A DNA stretch of 64,000 nucleotides, taken from a virus. The position numbers and the translations under genes were made by a program. Under the pieces are notes generated by a model. The model had not been told where the DNA came from. It worked only from the letters and a program-made list of their open reading frames with translations, and ran no database searches. Location of the stretch: the IMG/VR virus record IMGVR_UViG_3300020162_002681, positions 1 through 64,000 of that record. The stretch is one strand, 5' to 3'. This document shows, piece by piece, positions 62,060 to 64,000 of the stretch. Numbering within the stretch: the first letter of the stretch is position 1; every line of letters starts with the position of its first letter.

Positions 62060-62566
62060 CTATACTTCAAAAACTACATCGGTAAAATAATAGCTACCGT
62101 CATCTGTACCGCTATTGGGAAAAGAGCCTATACTTACGCTATATCTACCGTTAGTATTATTTAACCTTACCAGACTTGAAGATGGCTCGACTGGATTAGA
62201 ATATGCTATAGAAAAAAAAGCATTTGCATTAACGGAAATAATGTATACTTCGTTTTCTAATACTGGAAAAGGGCTTGATAATGTAGCCTCATTCCATCCA
62301 ACAAATGTACTGCCAAAAGAAACACTGGTAAGTTCAGTACCGAACGTATCCCAAATACGCATTGTATGGCTACCCGTTTCTTCGATTGGCTTGTAAAATC
62401 TAAGTTTTGTAATATTTCCATTGGCAAAGAATTTTAATGGCGAACCTATTTCAAGAGGAAACTCGTAAATATCGCTGGGAATATAATTACCAAAGTAAGT
62501 GTACAGTAATTTTTCAAGTATTACAGTAGGATTATTAAAAAGTAACATTTTCAATAATGTTTTCAC
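62060..62566 (-). CDS. DUF4082-like domain protein
   Basis: LEIG-x-x-x-KF, ITKLRFYK, GWNEATLS-x-P, YIISV, YFTDVVF. Confidence 0.75.
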   Translation of the reverse strand: MKTLLKMLLFNNPTVILEKLLYTYFGNYIPSDIYEFPLEIGSPLKFFANGNITKLRFYKPIEETGSHTMRIWDTFGTELTSVSFGSTFVGWNEATLSSPFPVLENEVYIISVNANAFFSIAYSNPVEPSSSLVRLNNTNGRYSVSIGSFPNSGTDDGSYYFTDVVFEV

Positions 62567-63177
62567 TATATTGCAATACCTTTCAATCTAACAGTTGCAG
62601 TCTCAGAGTTAGCCGCAGGAGTAAAACCTGCAAGTGTGACAAGATGAGCAAATAATGATGTTCCCGTCAACTTACAGACATAATTTATATTACTTTTTTG
62701 TGCGACAACAGACCCACCTCCAATAGCCAAAGAAGCTGATAATGAAATACCAGTGGGGTTAATAATCGCAGCTCTATCACCGCTAGGAATTGAAAATCCA
62801 GTATTATCGACTTTAGCGCTTGGAGGAGTAACATTATATAGATAAAAAAGTAAATCGCCCATACCACTTGGCAAAGCTGCGATGTTAAAAATAATTTCTA
62901 TGTCTGTAATAAGAATAAACTGACCCGCTATCGGTGCTGTACCAGAAACAAGTTCAAAAGCTGCCCCGTAAACATCATTGGCAGTATAAGGTGTAGTATT
63001 TGCTCCGCGAGTAATTGTCCCACTAAATAGAAATGCAGAATTACTATTTACACCTAGAAGGCTATTAATAGTATCTAATCTCTCTATTTGGTTTTGCTCA
63101 AGTTTTTCACCATACTCGGAGGCTAAATAAGCTTCCAGCCCAACTCTTTCTACTAGTAATTTATCTGTAAGCGTCAT
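62566..63177 (-). CDS. Putative structural protein
   Basis: TRGANTTPYTANDV motif; ATG at 63177 preferred over the track TTG at 63216. Confidence 0.65.
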   Translation of the reverse strand: MTLTDKLLVERVGLEAYLASEYGEKLEQNQIERLDTINSLLGVNSNSAFLFSGTITRGANTTPYTANDVYGAAFELVSGTAPIAGQFILITDIEIIFNIAALPSGMGDLLFYLYNVTPPSAKVDNTGFSIPSGDRAAIINPTGISLSASLAIGGGSVVAQKSNINYVCKLTGTSLFAHLVTLAGFTPAANSETATVRLKGIAI

Positions 63178-63223
63178 TCGCCTATCACTTTGTAACTTTC
63201 TACTTCTAGTATACAATAAGAGT

Positions 63224-64000
63224 ATGGCAGTTCAAATCGGGTACACAATCAGCGATATCTCAGCAATTAAGGCATTGCCCACAGCTTTGCTCGTTACTGG
63301 ATATGCACGACTCTGTAGGTCAGTTAATGCGTGGTTTAGCTATAATTCAACTTCTACGGCTACTGCTGACGATGTATCAATACTTTTACCAGCTTCAGGG
63401 ACTGGGCGATGGTTTAAGCTTAAAGCTGACGTAGCGGTTGCTGATATTCTTAATTTTGCTGAAGCCGTAGATGACCGTGTAGCAGCGTTAGTACAAGATA
63501 GTGAGACAATCAGCGCGAGTTATAATGATGCAGCTAATACACTTACTTTTTTAGTAGTAAGTGGCAGTATTGGCGATACTCAGATAGACAGCATTAGCCA
63601 ATCTAAAATTACCAATTTAACAACAGATTTAGCAGAAAAACTCTCAGCTAACCAAAATATCACTGTAATTGGAGATGTTACTGGAAGTGGTGCAACTAAT
63701 ATTTCGTTAACTTTAGCAGATTCAGGAGTGACCGCAGGAAGCTATTCTGTTGCAAGTATAACTATAGATTCCAAGGGTAGGGTTACCAGTGCAACAGATG
63801 GCACGGAAGCAGTACAAGATATATTAGCAGCCACACTAGTAGCTGGAACTAATGTATCTCTAAATTATAATGATGCATCAAATACGCTTACAATAAATTC
63901 TACTGCGGGTGCTTCTGGTACTAATGTAGAAATAAGAGATGAAGGTACAAGTCTTACTTCAGCAGCTACTTCAATTAATTTTGTGGGAGATGTTGTGAAT
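63224..64000 (+). CDS. Tail fibre-like protein, 5' part (runs off window)
   Basis: Open frame MAVQIGYTIS...GTGRWF...GDVTGSG...SGVTAGSY...IDSKGRVTSA; absent from the ORF track because it has no stop in the window. Confidence 0.8.
   Translation, partial: MAVQIGYTISDISAIKALPTALLVTGYARLCRSVNAWFSYNSTSTATADDVSILLPASGTGRWFKLKADVAVADILNFAEAVDDRVAALVQDSETISASYNDAANTLTFLVVSGSIGDTQIDSISQSKITNLTTDLAEKLSANQNITVIGDVTGSGATNISLTLADSGVTAGSYSVASITIDSKGRVTSATDGTEAVQDILAATLVAGTNVSLNYNDASNTLTINSTAGASGTNVEIRDEGTSLTSAATSINFVGDVVN

Noticed and set aside
260-62867. Many alternative-frame and antisense ORFs in the track (e.g. 1483-1788, 6386-6727, 20434-20841, 38882-39292)
   Set aside because: They are shadows of longer motif-bearing genes.
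55594-64000. Diversity-generating retroelement acting on tail genes
   Set aside because: No reverse transcriptase and no adenine-specific template/variable repeat pair seen in the window.

Overview
A 64-kb segment of a large dsDNA phage genome. The host is most likely a cyanobacterium, possibly filamentous/Nostocales-like, judged from the phage tmRNA tag ANNNIVKFARK... and a cyanobacterial-type IsrB/omegaRNA cassette. The + strand carries dense runs of small hypothetical genes plus replication, recombination and nucleotide-metabolism genes: Sak4-like ATPase, SSB, dUTPase, exonuclease, primase, helicase, dNMP kinase, putative sliding clamp, family A DNA polymerase, NrdA/NrdB, a ThyA-like enzyme, PhoH, Hsp20, a macrodomain and RuvC (minus strand). 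Virion-type genes (LamG/beta-propeller/tail-fibre-like, putative internal head proteins) lie mostly on the - strand, interleaved singly among early genes, and dominate after 52 kb. The most unusual region is 5.7-15.2 kb, which is rich in non-coding RNA. It holds (i) four tandem copies of a covarying RNA stem-loop directly upstream of a 605-aa protein with a TerD-like C-terminus, a candidate Ro60/Y-RNA-like ribonucleoprotein system; (ii) an anticodon-less tRNA mimic with a swapped elbow pair; (iii) a circularly permuted tmRNA gene with a 5-nt intervening segment; (iv) a transposase-less IsrB/omegaRNA cassette flanked by an 8-bp direct repeat; and (v) further structured RNA candidates. Window-wide patterns include a non-canonical promoter (GAYAG-ATRnnn-N17/18-TAnnnT, ~10 copies), probable leaderless virion genes, 4-bp shared stop codons between convergent genes, and an N-terminal A[DN]FA motif in putative head-packaged proteins. 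All calls are by eye; no searches or folding programs were run.
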